Shown here: positions 29,816 to 40,068 of the stretch, in pieces
How positions within the stretch are numbered: position 1 is the stretch's first letter
Layout: every line of letters begins with the position of its first letter
Program-made: the position numbers and the translations under genes
NCBI GenBank assembly: GCA_048937405.1
Contig: JBHLNF010000011.1
Span: 1 to 64,000, forward strand
Length of the DNA stretch: 64,000 nt
Reading direction: 5' to 3'
Source of the DNA: Promethearchaeota archaeon
GTDB taxonomy: Archaea; Asgardarchaeota; Lokiarchaeia; Sigyniarchaeales; SOKP01
The notes under the pieces: model-generated
Told to the model about the DNA's origin: nothing
Database searches by the model: none
What the model saw: only the letters and a program-made list of their open reading frames with translations

Positions 29816-31726
29816 TTATTTCAAAAATACAGTCTCTAAATTCTTTGGAGATTTCGTACTCTTTCTGAGTTTCTTATGTATCATTGTTGAAAGACTTATA
29901 CATTTACTTTCTTCTCCATGATTTACTATAATTGTTTTAGGGCGGGGTTGAATCCTTCTCAAAAACTGAGATATTTGACTACGAGATGAATGGCCACTAA
30001 ATCCTTCAAGAGTAAAAACTTTTAAATTCAATTTTACGAGTTGGGTTCGACCTTTCGCATCTACATATTGAAATTCACGAAAACCTCGCTGAATCCGGCT
30101 TCCGAGTGTTCCCGAAACTTGATAAGATACAAAAACCAATGAATTTTTTGCATCATTAGCTAACCCCTTTAAATATTGCACAGATGGACCTCCAATAAGC
30201 ATCCCACTGGTAGCCATAATAATACATGGTCCGCCTTTTATAATATCTAATCTTTCTTCTTGTGCTGAAACAGTTTCAAAGTAATCACTTAAAAAAGGAT
30301 TCTTCCCTTGATGCAAGATTTTTTCTCTTAAATCACTACTAAGAAAATCAGGATTAGCAGTATGAATTGCGGTAGCTTCACTTATCAATCCATCAATAAA
30401 TATTGGTACTTTATCAATAAAACCCTTTGAAATATATTCTTCTAAAACTATCAATAATTCTTGAGCTCTACCAACAGCTAATACCGGAATTAACACCTTT
30501 CCTCCTCTTTTAAGAGTAGAATTTAAAATCTGTTTAAGTTCTCTCTCTGATTCCTGTCTGCTAGGAATACGATCTTGAGGACCACCATAAGTGGCTTCAA
30601 TTAAAAGACTTTCTACCCTTGGAAATTTGACAGTTGCCTTCTCTAATAATCGTGTTTTTTGAAATTTAAAATCTCCAGTATAAACAAAATTATAGTCTCC
30701 TTTTCCAAAATGCAAATGTATCATTGATGATCCTAAAATATGACCAGAATTATGAAGTGTTAATTTAATGTCTGGTGCGATATCTGTTACTTTTCCCCAA
30801 GAAAGTGGGATTGTATGAAGAACTGTTGATTTTACATCTCTTTTTGAGTATGGTGATGGAACTCCTTCTTTTTCACAAACCTGAATGAAATCTAATTGAT
30901 GCATTGTTGAAAGATTTCGTGTTGGTAATGTGGAATAAATTGGTCCACGATACCCATATTTATATAGAAATGGAACAAGTCCACAATGATCCATATGGGC
31001 ATGAGATATAATAACTGCATCTAGATCTCTTAATGAAAATTCAGGAACATCAAAGTAAGGAAATCTATCATTAATATTCCCAACATTTAATCCACAATCT
31101 AGTAGTACATTACTATCCCTTGTTTGCATTAATATACAGGATCTACCCACTTCTCTAAAGCCACCTAATGCACTCAACCTGATATTTAAATTTTTAAAGA
31201 GCGCTGGTCTATGAATTCTCTTACCAATTCTTAATAAAATATCCTTTTGAGTTTGACGTTCTTTTGAAAGCATCCCTCTAATTAATTGAATTGTTCTAGA
31301 TGTTAATGGGGGTGTTCTTATAGTTCTAGGTTGCCAATATGTATTAGTCCTAATTTCTTTTAAATTAACTCCTTTTTTTCCAATAACGAGTCCTGGTTTC
31401 CCAGACTCTATTATTACTTCTCCTCGGGTATGATCAAATTCGATATTGGAGATTTCAGCATCCTCATTTACTAAATTCCTAATATAACTTTCTGTCTCAG
31501 CAGGATCCTTACGTTTATCAACATTCCACCGAAATACAACTCGTTTTCGCATAGTTTTTGCTAAATCTTTTAAAATAGTTGAACTTTCAATCGTATCTAC
31601 ATCTGAATTCTCAGAATATACAGCGATTTCGGGGCCCTCAAATTCTATCTTCTTAACAGTTATTTCTGAAGGAAGATTTTGGGTTATATCCTCTTTAATT
31701 CGTTTCAATTCACTTTCAAAACTCAT
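29816..31726 (-). CDS. fttA: aCPSF1/FttA beta-CASP ribonuclease (transcription termination factor) with KH domains
   Basis: IEFEGPEI, KPGLVIGKKG, GGFREVGRSC, SHAHMDHCG, GHILGS, EATYGG, GFSGHS, NHGE. Confidence 0.97.
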   Translation of the reverse strand: MSFESELKRIKEDITQNLPSEITVKKIEFEGPEIAVYSENSDVDTIESSTILKDLAKTMRKRVVFRWNVDKRKDPAETESYIRNLVNEDAEISNIEFDHTRGEVIIESGKPGLVIGKKGVNLKEIRTNTYWQPRTIRTPPLTSRTIQLIRGMLSKERQTQKDILLRIGKRIHRPALFKNLNIRLSALGGFREVGRSCILMQTRDSNVLLDCGLNVGNINDRFPYFDVPEFSLRDLDAVIISHAHMDHCGLVPFLYKYGYRGPIYSTLPTRNLSTMHQLDFIQVCEKEGVPSPYSKRDVKSTVLHTIPLSWGKVTDIAPDIKLTLHNSGHILGSSMIHLHFGKGDYNFVYTGDFKFQKTRLLEKATVKFPRVESLLIEATYGGPQDRIPSRQESERELKQILNSTLKRGGKVLIPVLAVGRAQELLIVLEEYISKGFIDKVPIFIDGLISEATAIHTANPDFLSSDLREKILHQGKNPFLSDYFETVSAQEERLDIIKGGPCIIMATSGMLIGGPSVQYLKGLANDAKNSLVFVSYQVSGTLGSRIQRGFREFQYVDAKGRTQLVKLNLKVFTLEGFSGHSSRSQISQFLRRIQPRPKTIIVNHGEESKCISLSTMIHKKLRKSTKSPKNLETVFLK

Positions 31727-32145
31727 AAATCTTCATTTCGTGAGTTATTTTTTTTAATACTATTTTAATCAGTATTTCTAAATCGTAAGATTTCTATTTT
31801 TACTCCAAATTTTTGGTTTTTTGTTATGAATATAATAATATGTCTATGAATTCAAGAATAACACTTGAAATTTTATTTATATGTAAATGTGGTTTGGTTA
31901 TTTGTAAATACTTATTTTAAATAAATAGTTTAATATTCTCTTACATTGTAGTTTTTTTTGGAAGAGAATTAATTTTAGAATGAAATATTACTAAATTTCT
32001 ATGATAAATATGAATTTATCAAATAAAAACATTTTCATTATGTATTAACAATAAAATTCTCAAATAATCTTTTTCTATCTCTTTTACATTTTAAAATTAT
32101 TCTTATTTAGTTATATTTTTTTGTGAGAATGTCTTAGATTGCATT

Positions 32146-32778
32146 ATGAGTTTATTAAAATTAGGCGCAATTGCTTCTGGTTCAGGCTCAAATTTTGAAT
32201 CAATAGTTAATGCATGTGAAAATGGGATTTTAAAAGATAAGGCAATAGTAGAAGTATTAATTTGTAATAAAGCGGGAGCTTTTTGTATGGAAAGAGCTAA
32301 AAATCATAATATTCCTTATTTTTTGATTGAATCGGATAATTATACAGGTACAAGAGAAGAATTTGACCAAAAAATGATAGAAATATTGGATAATTATAAA
32401 TGTGAACTTATTGTACTAGTTGGTTATATGCGTTTTGTTAGTGAAATATTCATAAATCATTTTAAAGGAAAGATCATGAACATTCATCCCGCTCTTCTTC
32501 CGAGTTTTAAAGGTATGCACGCCCATGAAGATGCATTAGCCTATGGTGTTAAAATTTCGGGAGTTACTGTTCATTTCGTTGATATTCATGAAGATCATGG
32601 TCCAATAATAATTCAAAAATGCGTACCTGTCTATGATACAGATACGAAAGAAACTTTAGGAACGAGAATTTTAGAATGGGAACATAAAGCTTTTCCTAAA
32701 GCTATAGAACTTTTCTATGATGGAAAATTGCATGTTGATGGAAGAATTGTTAAAATAGATGGAGAAGTTAAATTATAA
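32146..32778 (+). CDS. purN: Phosphoribosylglycinamide formyltransferase
   Basis: ASGSGSNF, NIHPALLPSFKG, SGVTVHFV...DHGPIIIQ. Confidence 0.95.
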   Translation: MSLLKLGAIASGSGSNFESIVNACENGILKDKAIVEVLICNKAGAFCMERAKNHNIPYFLIESDNYTGTREEFDQKMIEILDNYKCELIVLVGYMRFVSEIFINHFKGKIMNIHPALLPSFKGMHAHEDALAYGVKISGVTVHFVDIHEDHGPIIIQKCVPVYDTDTKETLGTRILEWEHKAFPKAIELFYDGKLHVDGRIVKIDGEVKL

Positions 32779-32797
32779 CTTTTACTTTATTTACTTA

Positions 32798-32899
32798 GGG
32801 AAATGACTTTTTCTTTGACCTATCTGACCCAACTGAGATTGATTATTAAATTATCAATTAAATGAAGAAGATCTTGAGTAGTGAGAAAATTCATTTCCC
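32798..32899. ncRNA. Possible structured RNA in purN/EF-2 paralog intergenic region
   Basis: GGGAAATGA/TCATTTCCC and TTTTCT/AGAAAA closing stem; inner ATTGAT/ATCAAT hairpin. Confidence 0.35.
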
Positions 32900-32986
32900 G
32901 CTAATTTCATTTCTTAGAAATCCTAAAATTTTAATCAGAGTAATTATAATCCTTAATAAAATTACAGATAATTTATTAGTTGAATA

Positions 32987-35176
32987 ATGCCTCGTAGAAA
33001 GGAAATCGCAGAAATACTAAAGCTTATGGAAAAAACTAAAAATATCAGAAATTTTGGTTTAGTTGGACATATAGATCATGGAAAAACAACACTTTCAGAT
33101 TCTCTACTAAGCGAAGCGGGTTTTTTATCCTCAGATTTAGCAGGAGAGGCACGTGCTTTAGATTTTCTTGAGGAAGAACAAAGACGTGGTATTACTATGA
33201 AATCCGCGAACATTTCTTTATACTATGAAAAATCTCTAGAAGGTTATGATCCTTTTCTAATTAATTTAGTAGATACACCAGGTCATTTAGACTTCAGTGG
33301 AAAAGTAACCCGGGCACTTAGGTTGGTAGATGGAGTGGTAGTTGTAGTTGATGCTGTTGAAGAAGTAATAACTCAATCTGAAACGGTAATAAAACAGGCT
33401 TTACAGGAGGGTGTCAAACCTGTACTGTTTATTAATAAAATCGATCGTCTAATTAGAGAATTAAGGCTTTCAGATGGAGAAATTAAAGAAAAATATATAA
33501 GAATTATAAAATCATTCAATACACTTATAGAAAGATTTGCCACACATCCTTTTAATAAAAAATGGAAAGTTTCCCCTCTTGCGGGTAATGTTGCGTTTGG
33601 TTCAGCACTTCATAAATGGGGTTTTACATTAAACATTTTGGAAAAAAGTAGTTTAAAATTCCGTGATATTAGAGAAAGATATAATAAAGAGACCTATACA
33701 AAAGAAACTTATGCAGATTTAGCTACCTATTTTCCAATTCATAAAGCTATATTGGAAATGGTTGTTGATCATTTACCAAATCCTATAGAAGCTCAAAAAT
33801 ATAGAATTAAGAAAATATGGGACGGGGATATTAATTCTGAGTTAGGAAAAGCAATGGTTAATTGTGATCCTAATGGTCCCTTAATTGTATGTTTAAGTAA
33901 AGTTCAAGTTGATAAACATGGTTTAATATCCACAGGAAGGATATTTTCAGGTAGTTGTACAAATAAGAAGGAAATCTTTCTTTTAAATGAAAATACTTAT
34001 GAGAGAATTCAACGTCTTGCCATTTTTATGGGACAAAGAAGGGAACACGCAGAGAAAATACCTGTTGGTAATATTGTAGCAATAGAAGGTCTCAAGAAGA
34101 TTAAAAGCGGAGAAACCATAATAGAAAGTGAAAAAATTGATAAAATGGTACCATTTGAAAGTGTAAAGTATATTACTACTCCAGTTGTAACTGTCTCAAT
34201 TGAACCTGAGTATCTAAGAGATCTAGATAAAATGAAGGAGTTAATAGAAAATCTATTAATAGAAGATCCAAATTTGAAATTCGATATAAATAAAGAAAAT
34301 GGTGAATTTCTTTTATCTGGTGCGGGACCTCTCCACCTGGAGGTAACAGCAAATGAAATTGGAAAGAGAGGGATAAATGTTTCAATTTCTGAGCCTAGAG
34401 CCGTTTTTAAAGAATCCTGTCGAAAAAAGTCCCCTTTAATCTCAGTAACCTCACCTAATAGTACTAGCTTTCTTAAATTAAGAATTGAGCGGTTAGATGA
34501 GATAACTATAAAGTTTTTTCAAGATGTTGATTATAAGACAATAAAACCATTTACAAAACTAAAAGAGATCCTCAGAGAAAAAACTTCACTTAATGAAGAG
34601 GAAATTGAGAACTTTTGGATGTGTGATTATGATCAAAACATCTTAATATATAAGTGTGAATTTGAATTAAAGGAATTTTATAAAAATGCAATCCAAGAAA
34701 TCATTGAAAAGATCCATTTAAATGGTCCTTTATGTGCTGAAAAAATAGCAGAAATTAAAATTACAATTGAAGGATTAAATATATCTGATATACCAGACGA
34801 AAATATTTTTACCGAATTATCAGTTATGTTTTATGACGCTATTAAAAAAGGATTAAATGAAGCAGAATTAATTCTTCTTGAGCCAATATATCATACTATC
34901 ATCCAACTTCCTCCAGATTATATTAAAAATACTATGTCATTACTTACTAAATATTCTGCTAAGATTAAGATGGTAGATCAAGATAAAGATTATCAAGCAG
35001 TTATGGAAATTTTAATTCCTGTGAGGCATTCAATAAAGTTTGCTGAAGAAATTCGGTCAACAAGTTCAGGAAGAGCATTTTGGCAAAATGAATTTTATGC
35101 TTTTATGGAAGTTCCACCGCATGAATCTCAAAAATTAATTCAAGAAATTAAATTTTTCAAAGGAATATCTTGGTAG
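32987..35176 (+). CDS. Elongation factor 2 paralog (aEF-2p-like), lacking diphthamide motif
   Basis: GHIDHGKTTLSD, RGITMK, DTPGHLDF, NKID, EDP, GPLHLEV; domain IV reads LNISDIPDENIF in place of ..HED..HRG; not next to ribosomal protein genes. Confidence 0.9.
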   Translation: MPRRKEIAEILKLMEKTKNIRNFGLVGHIDHGKTTLSDSLLSEAGFLSSDLAGEARALDFLEEEQRRGITMKSANISLYYEKSLEGYDPFLINLVDTPGHLDFSGKVTRALRLVDGVVVVVDAVEEVITQSETVIKQALQEGVKPVLFINKIDRLIRELRLSDGEIKEKYIRIIKSFNTLIERFATHPFNKKWKVSPLAGNVAFGSALHKWGFTLNILEKSSLKFRDIRERYNKETYTKETYADLATYFPIHKAILEMVVDHLPNPIEAQKYRIKKIWDGDINSELGKAMVNCDPNGPLIVCLSKVQVDKHGLISTGRIFSGSCTNKKEIFLLNENTYERIQRLAIFMGQRREHAEKIPVGNIVAIEGLKKIKSGETIIESEKIDKMVPFESVKYITTPVVTVSIEPEYLRDLDKMKELIENLLIEDPNLKFDINKENGEFLLSGAGPLHLEVTANEIGKRGINVSISEPRAVFKESCRKKSPLISVTSPNSTSFLKLRIERLDEITIKFFQDVDYKTIKPFTKLKEILREKTSLNEEEIENFWMCDYDQNILIYKCEFELKEFYKNAIQEIIEKIHLNGPLCAEKIAEIKITIEGLNISDIPDENIFTELSVMFYDAIKKGLNEAELILLEPIYHTIIQLPPDYIKNTMSLLTKYSAKIKMVDQDKDYQAVMEILIPVRHSIKFAEEIRSTSSGRAFWQNEFYAFMEVPPHESQKLIQEIKFFKGISW

Positions 35177-35206
35177 AATGGATTTTTAATTTTAAGTAAT
35201 TAAAGA

Positions 35207-36565
35207 TTAAGTTCCAATGAATTTAATAATTTTATCTTTGATTTCATAATTTGGTAGGATATAATCTGCATAACCTTTTTCTGCAGCGAACTTAGGCATT
35301 GCATACAATATACACGTTTCTTCTGCCTCAGCAATTGTTTTTCCGCCTACTTTTTTAATTGCCCCTAAACCTTCTACTCCATCTGATCCCATCCCGGTTA
35401 GAATTACCCCCATAGCACGATTTCTATAAATTTTTGCTGCCGAAAAAAATAATACATCTATGGAAGGCATACAAAAGTTAACTGGAGTTCCTTTATAAAT
35501 TTTAATTGAAGGTGTTTTATTTTTTACAGAAATTTCCATATGCATATCACCTGGAGCAAGATACACATGTCCTGGTTGAAGAAATTCTCCATTTTTTGCT
35601 ACTTTTATTTTAAGAACACATTCCATATCTAAATTATCTGCAAATGCATCAGTAAAATGAGAAGATAAATGCTGAACAATTAAGATTGGAGCATTAATAC
35701 TTCTTGGAATTTCTTTTAATATTGTTGTGATAGTTCTAGGACCCCCAACACTAGCGCCTATAACAATAATATTTGAAGATATAGTAGATCCTTTGATCGG
35801 TGCAAGATCGAGAGTCCTACCAATTTTTCTCTTTTTGATTGGTGTTGATATTGATTTTTTTTGTAAAGTAGATTTAGCTATTTTCTTTTTTGCCTTTTTT
35901 TCTTCTGTTTCTGATTTGATAATTGGTGGTTTAGTAATTTCTTCTTCTGATACTTCTTCTACCATTTGGATATTTTTTTCATCCTTAAGGATTGCCTTGA
36001 CTTTCATAACCTCAAAGGCATCATGTTCTGGTTTTTCTTCAATTTCTTCAATTGGAGTTAATCTATTAAGATATTGTCCAAAATCGAATATACGATCAAC
36101 CATTTCTTGTCGAAGAGATCTACTTTTTTTCAATATACTCTCTTCTTTCCTGAAAATACGTTTAATCTGGGATTGTGATGCTAACAGTACCTTTGCAAGT
36201 AATTCCTCACGAAATCTTGGTAAATCTTTTGCCCCAATACCTCCAGGTTTTATAATATAATCAAATGCTCCCATCAAAAGTGCTTGAATGGAAGAATCTA
36301 GATTCTTTGGACTTATAGCTGAAAGGATAATTGTAGGCGTGGGATGTTCTTCCATAACTAACTTGAATGCATCTAATCCGTTCATTTTAGGCATTACCAA
36401 ATCTAAGACTAATACATCTGGGCTATGTTTTTTATTAAGTTCTACTGCTTCTTTTCCATCCTTTGCAAAGTCAACAATATTTATCGAATCATGTTCTTTA
36501 AGAATATCTGCAATACTCTTTCTTAAATATTGCGAATCATCCGCTATTAATACATCAATCGTCAA
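35207..36565 (-). CDS. cheB: Chemotaxis methylesterase CheB (paralog 2, long linker)
   Basis: REC (ADDS, LDLVMP), GASVGG, VQHL, PSIDVLF, LTGMGSDG. Confidence 0.95.
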   Translation of the reverse strand: MTIDVLIADDSQYLRKSIADILKEHDSINIVDFAKDGKEAVELNKKHSPDVLVLDLVMPKMNGLDAFKLVMEEHPTPTIILSAISPKNLDSSIQALLMGAFDYIIKPGGIGAKDLPRFREELLAKVLLASQSQIKRIFRKEESILKKSRSLRQEMVDRIFDFGQYLNRLTPIEEIEEKPEHDAFEVMKVKAILKDEKNIQMVEEVSEEEITKPPIIKSETEEKKAKKKIAKSTLQKKSISTPIKKRKIGRTLDLAPIKGSTISSNIIVIGASVGGPRTITTILKEIPRSINAPILIVQHLSSHFTDAFADNLDMECVLKIKVAKNGEFLQPGHVYLAPGDMHMEISVKNKTPSIKIYKGTPVNFCMPSIDVLFFSAAKIYRNRAMGVILTGMGSDGVEGLGAIKKVGGKTIAEAEETCILYAMPKFAAEKGYADYILPNYEIKDKIIKFIGT

Positions 36566-36639
36566 ATAAATTTCCTATTTGCTATTAATTAAATATTCTA
36601 ATAATTAGTAAAGTAAGAAAATTTATATGTTACTAAAAG

Positions 36640-36807
36640 TTAAAAAGGGATTGCTATAATTGCCCCAACTAATTCATCCTTAAATCCTTCTACTGAAGCT
36701 CGAGTAATTATCAAACCATCCAGATTAACGATTAAGACTGCTAAGAGGTTCTGCGCTTCATTCAATAATTTAGTAAGTAATTCTTCAAGATCAGTTACTT
36801 GAGATAT
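36640..36807 (-). pseudogene. Truncated roadblock/LC7 (MglB-like) ORF, 55 aa, ATA start
   Basis: ISQVTDLEELLTKLLNEAQNLLAVLIVNLDGLIITRASVEGFKDELVGAIIAIPF*; covers only the first half of the fold; absent from the ORF track. Confidence 0.65.
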
Positions 36808-36846
36808 TTCTCATTCCCTTTGATAGTGTTTTGTTGCTTCCACATT

Positions 36847-37506
36847 TCACAAATTAAGATCATATTTTAAGTTTAAAATCTCAAAAAGGCTCTTTAAAAT
36901 ACTAACAGAAGGTATAAGACAAATAATTCCTTCCAGATTTATTTCAGATACAGTTATTTTTGTATTTATTATAATCAAGTAATCTGATAATTGTGCATAT
37001 TTGGCAATTATAATATCTAAAATGGCATTTAAAGTATCTATTGCTATTTTTGGAATATTTGGAACCAACTTAATTGATAACATATCTGCTAAGGCATTTG
37101 TATAATGACCAGATAAAATGTTTCCTATTTCACTTATAATACTTAATGAAAATTCATCTAAATCCTCAATAGATTTTAGATCCTCAATCGTAAATCTTTC
37201 AGAATTTGTTAATATATTGATTAAATTAACGATTGATTCTTTGGTAAATATCTGAACAATTGCTAAATCTGATTTAAATTGAATTTCTGAATAGATTCCA
37301 ACCATATCAATTGATGTCTTCTCAAATAATTCAGGAACTTTCCAAAAAGAAACAATATCTATGGATGTTAATGAAACTTCAACCTTATTGTTAAGTAATT
37401 TTGATAGTGCTGTTATTGCATGTCCAGAGCCAATATTGCCAAGTTCTTTTAAAATATCTAGTTGTTCATAGCTTAATTTTATATCCCTTGAATCATTCAT
37501 CTTCAA
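36847..37506 (-). CDS. cheC: CheY-P phosphatase CheC
   Basis: DILKELGNIGSGHAITALS and SEIGNIL (two ExxN motifs). Confidence 0.92.
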   Translation of the reverse strand: MKMNDSRDIKLSYEQLDILKELGNIGSGHAITALSKLLNNKVEVSLTSIDIVSFWKVPELFEKTSIDMVGIYSEIQFKSDLAIVQIFTKESIVNLINILTNSERFTIEDLKSIEDLDEFSLSIISEIGNILSGHYTNALADMLSIKLVPNIPKIAIDTLNAILDIIIAKYAQLSDYLIIINTKITVSEINLEGIICLIPSVSILKSLFEILNLKYDLNL

Positions 37507-37543
37507 TCATCTCAATTTTATATTCTTTTCATAAAAATCTTTT

Positions 37544-38092
37544 TTATTCACGTAATTTTTTAAATTTTGATTCTTTTGTCGAACTAACATATACAGAGAA
37601 TTCTTTAGTGTTAAACTTTACAACTCTACCTTCAGATCCTCCCGTATTTTCTCCAATAATTTTAATTTGTAATTCCTTCAATTTTTTTTTGATTGCATTA
37701 ATGTTTTCAGTGCCTATTGTATTGCCTTCGATATCAAAAATCTTAGAACCTCCAATTATAATTGCTTTTATATTTTTCTTTATAGCCCCATGTTTTATTA
37801 ATTCTTGAACTAATAATTTTACGGAGAGATCGGCATATTTATGAGGAAATTCAATATTTTTATGAAGTTTAGAATTAGAAAGTAATACATGAGACATTCC
37901 ACCAACTCTTTTGAGGGAGTCAAAAAGTATTAAAGCAATACAAGAACCTAATCCAATTATTGATATTTTTGGATCGAAATTTCTCACTTTATTTGTACTA
38001 TGTACAATTACATAATGCCCTATTGGTAAGGCAATTTCACCATCCTTACCTGTTATTTCAATACGTCCATTTGAATTTATCTTTTCCATCAT
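37544..38092 (-). CDS. cheD: Chemoreceptor glutamine deamidase CheD
   Basis: GLGSCIALILFD...GGMSHVLL, KYAD, IIGGS, IG.EN, TGG..GR.V.F. Confidence 0.92.
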   Translation of the reverse strand: MMEKINSNGRIEITGKDGEIALPIGHYVIVHSTNKVRNFDPKISIIGLGSCIALILFDSLKRVGGMSHVLLSNSKLHKNIEFPHKYADLSVKLLVQELIKHGAIKKNIKAIIIGGSKIFDIEGNTIGTENINAIKKKLKELQIKIIGENTGGSEGRVVKFNTKEFSVYVSSTKESKFKKLRE

Positions 38093-38109
38093 AAAGAATT
38101 GATATACAC

Positions 38110-39267
38110 TTATATTTCATCTTGAGAAATTGAATAATTACTAGCGAATTTTAACATCTGATCTTTAATTTCATAATTTGGAACTATTAATTTAGCAGCT
38201 CCTCTTTTTATGGCTGCTTTGGGCATACCAAAAACCACACAGGTCTGTTCTGATTCTGCAATTGTTTGACCTCCATTTTTTTTAATCGCTTCTAAACCAG
38301 CAGCACCATCCTGTCCCAATCCTGTTAGTAAAATTCCTAAAATTTGACTTTTATATACTTTTGCTGCTGAAAGAAATAACACATCCACCGAAGGCATACA
38401 AAAATTTACAGGTTCTCCATCTACAATCCTAATAAATTGTTGATTATTTCTTTCCACAACCTCCATATGTTTTCCTCCGGGACTAAGATATGTAATACCA
38501 GGAAGAATTTTTTCACCATTTACAGGGATTTTAACTTCAATATTACAGATCTCATTTAATGATTTTGTGAGTTCTTTCATGAAAAATGCATCTAAATGTT
38601 GAACAACTAAAATTGGCATAGGGAAATTTTTTGGAATATCTTTCAAAATTGTTCTTAAGGTTTTTGGTCCACCAGTACTAGTTCCGATTACTATTGCATT
38701 GGATTTAAATCTCGCTTTAGGTATTGGTTTCTTTTTTGGAATTTTTTCAATCTTCGTTTTTGGTTTTTTAGTTATTTGATATTCGGCACTATCTATAGTA
38801 GAATCAAAAGTTTTCTTAATTGATTTTTTTATTAATAAATTTCTTTTTTCATAAGTCTTTTTAATTTTACTAGCATAAAGCGTACTTAAAATTAATTTTT
38901 CTTTTAATTTGGGGAATTCTTTTTTCCATACTCCTTTTGGTTTCACAATAAAATCAAATGCTCCCAAAAGTAACGCTTGAACAGAATCATCTAATGTTTC
39001 TGGAGATTTAGATGTAAATATTATTGTAGGTATAGGATAATGTTCTGAAAGAAATTTAAAGACAGTTATTCCATCTACTTCAGGCATCATTAAATCCAAA
39101 ATTAGTACATCTGGATTAATAGTCTCAATTTTTTCAATTACTTCTCTTCCATTTATTGCAATATCTACTTTAGCTATTTCATCGCTTGATAATAACATAT
39201 TAGTGACTAATTTTCTCTGAAATGTTGAATCTTCTGCTAGTAACACTTTAATTGGTACTATAATCAC
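38110..39267 (-). CDS. cheB: Chemotaxis methylesterase CheB (paralog 1)
   Basis: REC (AEDS, LDLMMP), GTSTGG, VQHL, PSVDVLF, LTGLGQDG, VFGMPK. Confidence 0.95.
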   Translation of the reverse strand: MIIVPIKVLLAEDSTFQRKLVTNMLLSSDEIAKVDIAINGREVIEKIETINPDVLILDLMMPEVDGITVFKFLSEHYPIPTIIFTSKSPETLDDSVQALLLGAFDFIVKPKGVWKKEFPKLKEKLILSTLYASKIKKTYEKRNLLIKKSIKKTFDSTIDSAEYQITKKPKTKIEKIPKKKPIPKARFKSNAIVIGTSTGGPKTLRTILKDIPKNFPMPILVVQHLDAFFMKELTKSLNEICNIEVKIPVNGEKILPGITYLSPGGKHMEVVERNNQQFIRIVDGEPVNFCMPSVDVLFLSAAKVYKSQILGILLTGLGQDGAAGLEAIKKNGGQTIAESEQTCVVFGMPKAAIKRGAAKLIVPNYEIKDQMLKFASNYSISQDEI

Positions 39268-39393
39268 CTTTTTTTAAATATTTTCGACAACTAATTTAAT
39301 TGAAACCAGTTATTTTCATCGATAAGTGAATCAGAAAATTATGATAATTCAATTCAAATCGAATATCATTATTAGGTCTCAATTTTAAACACT

Positions 39394-39945
39394 TTATTTT
39401 TCTAATAATTTTTCAATTTCAGCAAAACGTTGTTGAATATGAGTAATTGAATAAGTTATATGAGCTTGAATTTCCTTAATCTCAGAGAGGATTTTTCTAA
39501 TGCGAGATTTGACTGTTTTAGATAATTCTTTACCATCTCCCATTATTTCAGATTCCAAACTTTGTTCTGAGGATAAGTTTGCCCCATATATAGAAGACGC
39601 TTGAGTTTGAATTACATATCTAGATTGTCCTGGATATTGTAAGTTAGAATTTTGTTCTTTAATTTCTTTGAATATTATATGAAACTCTGAGGGTTCAAGA
39701 CCTTCTTTAATAACTTCATATTTAAAATTATAAAATTTTTTTTTTGTTTTAAGTTTTCCAGCAAAATTAGCTGCCATGTAACGATGGAATAATCGAGAAT
39801 GACTACCTGCCCAAATCCAAATTAGTTTTAATTCTTTGTCTACAATTAAATATACACTATTAGGATCAAAAATCTTCTCTGGTCTTAATTTTAGTGTTTC
39901 ACCTTGCACTTCGTAAATGTAATCGTAATAACCGCTTTTTAACAT
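39394..39945 (-). CDS. Single gelsolin-like domain protein with C-terminal coiled coil
   Basis: FDPNSVYLIVD..LIWIWAG..S....Y.AA..A..L....EVIKEGLEPSEF follows the gelsolin-repeat consensus. Confidence 0.75.
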   Translation of the reverse strand: MLKSGYYDYIYEVQGETLKLRPEKIFDPNSVYLIVDKELKLIWIWAGSHSRLFHRYMAANFAGKLKTKKKFYNFKYEVIKEGLEPSEFHIIFKEIKEQNSNLQYPGQSRYVIQTQASSIYGANLSSEQSLESEIMGDGKELSKTVKSRIRKILSEIKEIQAHITYSITHIQQRFAEIEKLLEK

Positions 39946-40068
39946 GACATTTCAGTAGATATTGGTTTTGTTGATATATTAAGACTTATTATAAATTTGG
40001 GTTTTTATATTTATTTTAGAAAATTTTATAAAAAAAAAAAATAATTGTTTGATAGCTAGTAATAGATT

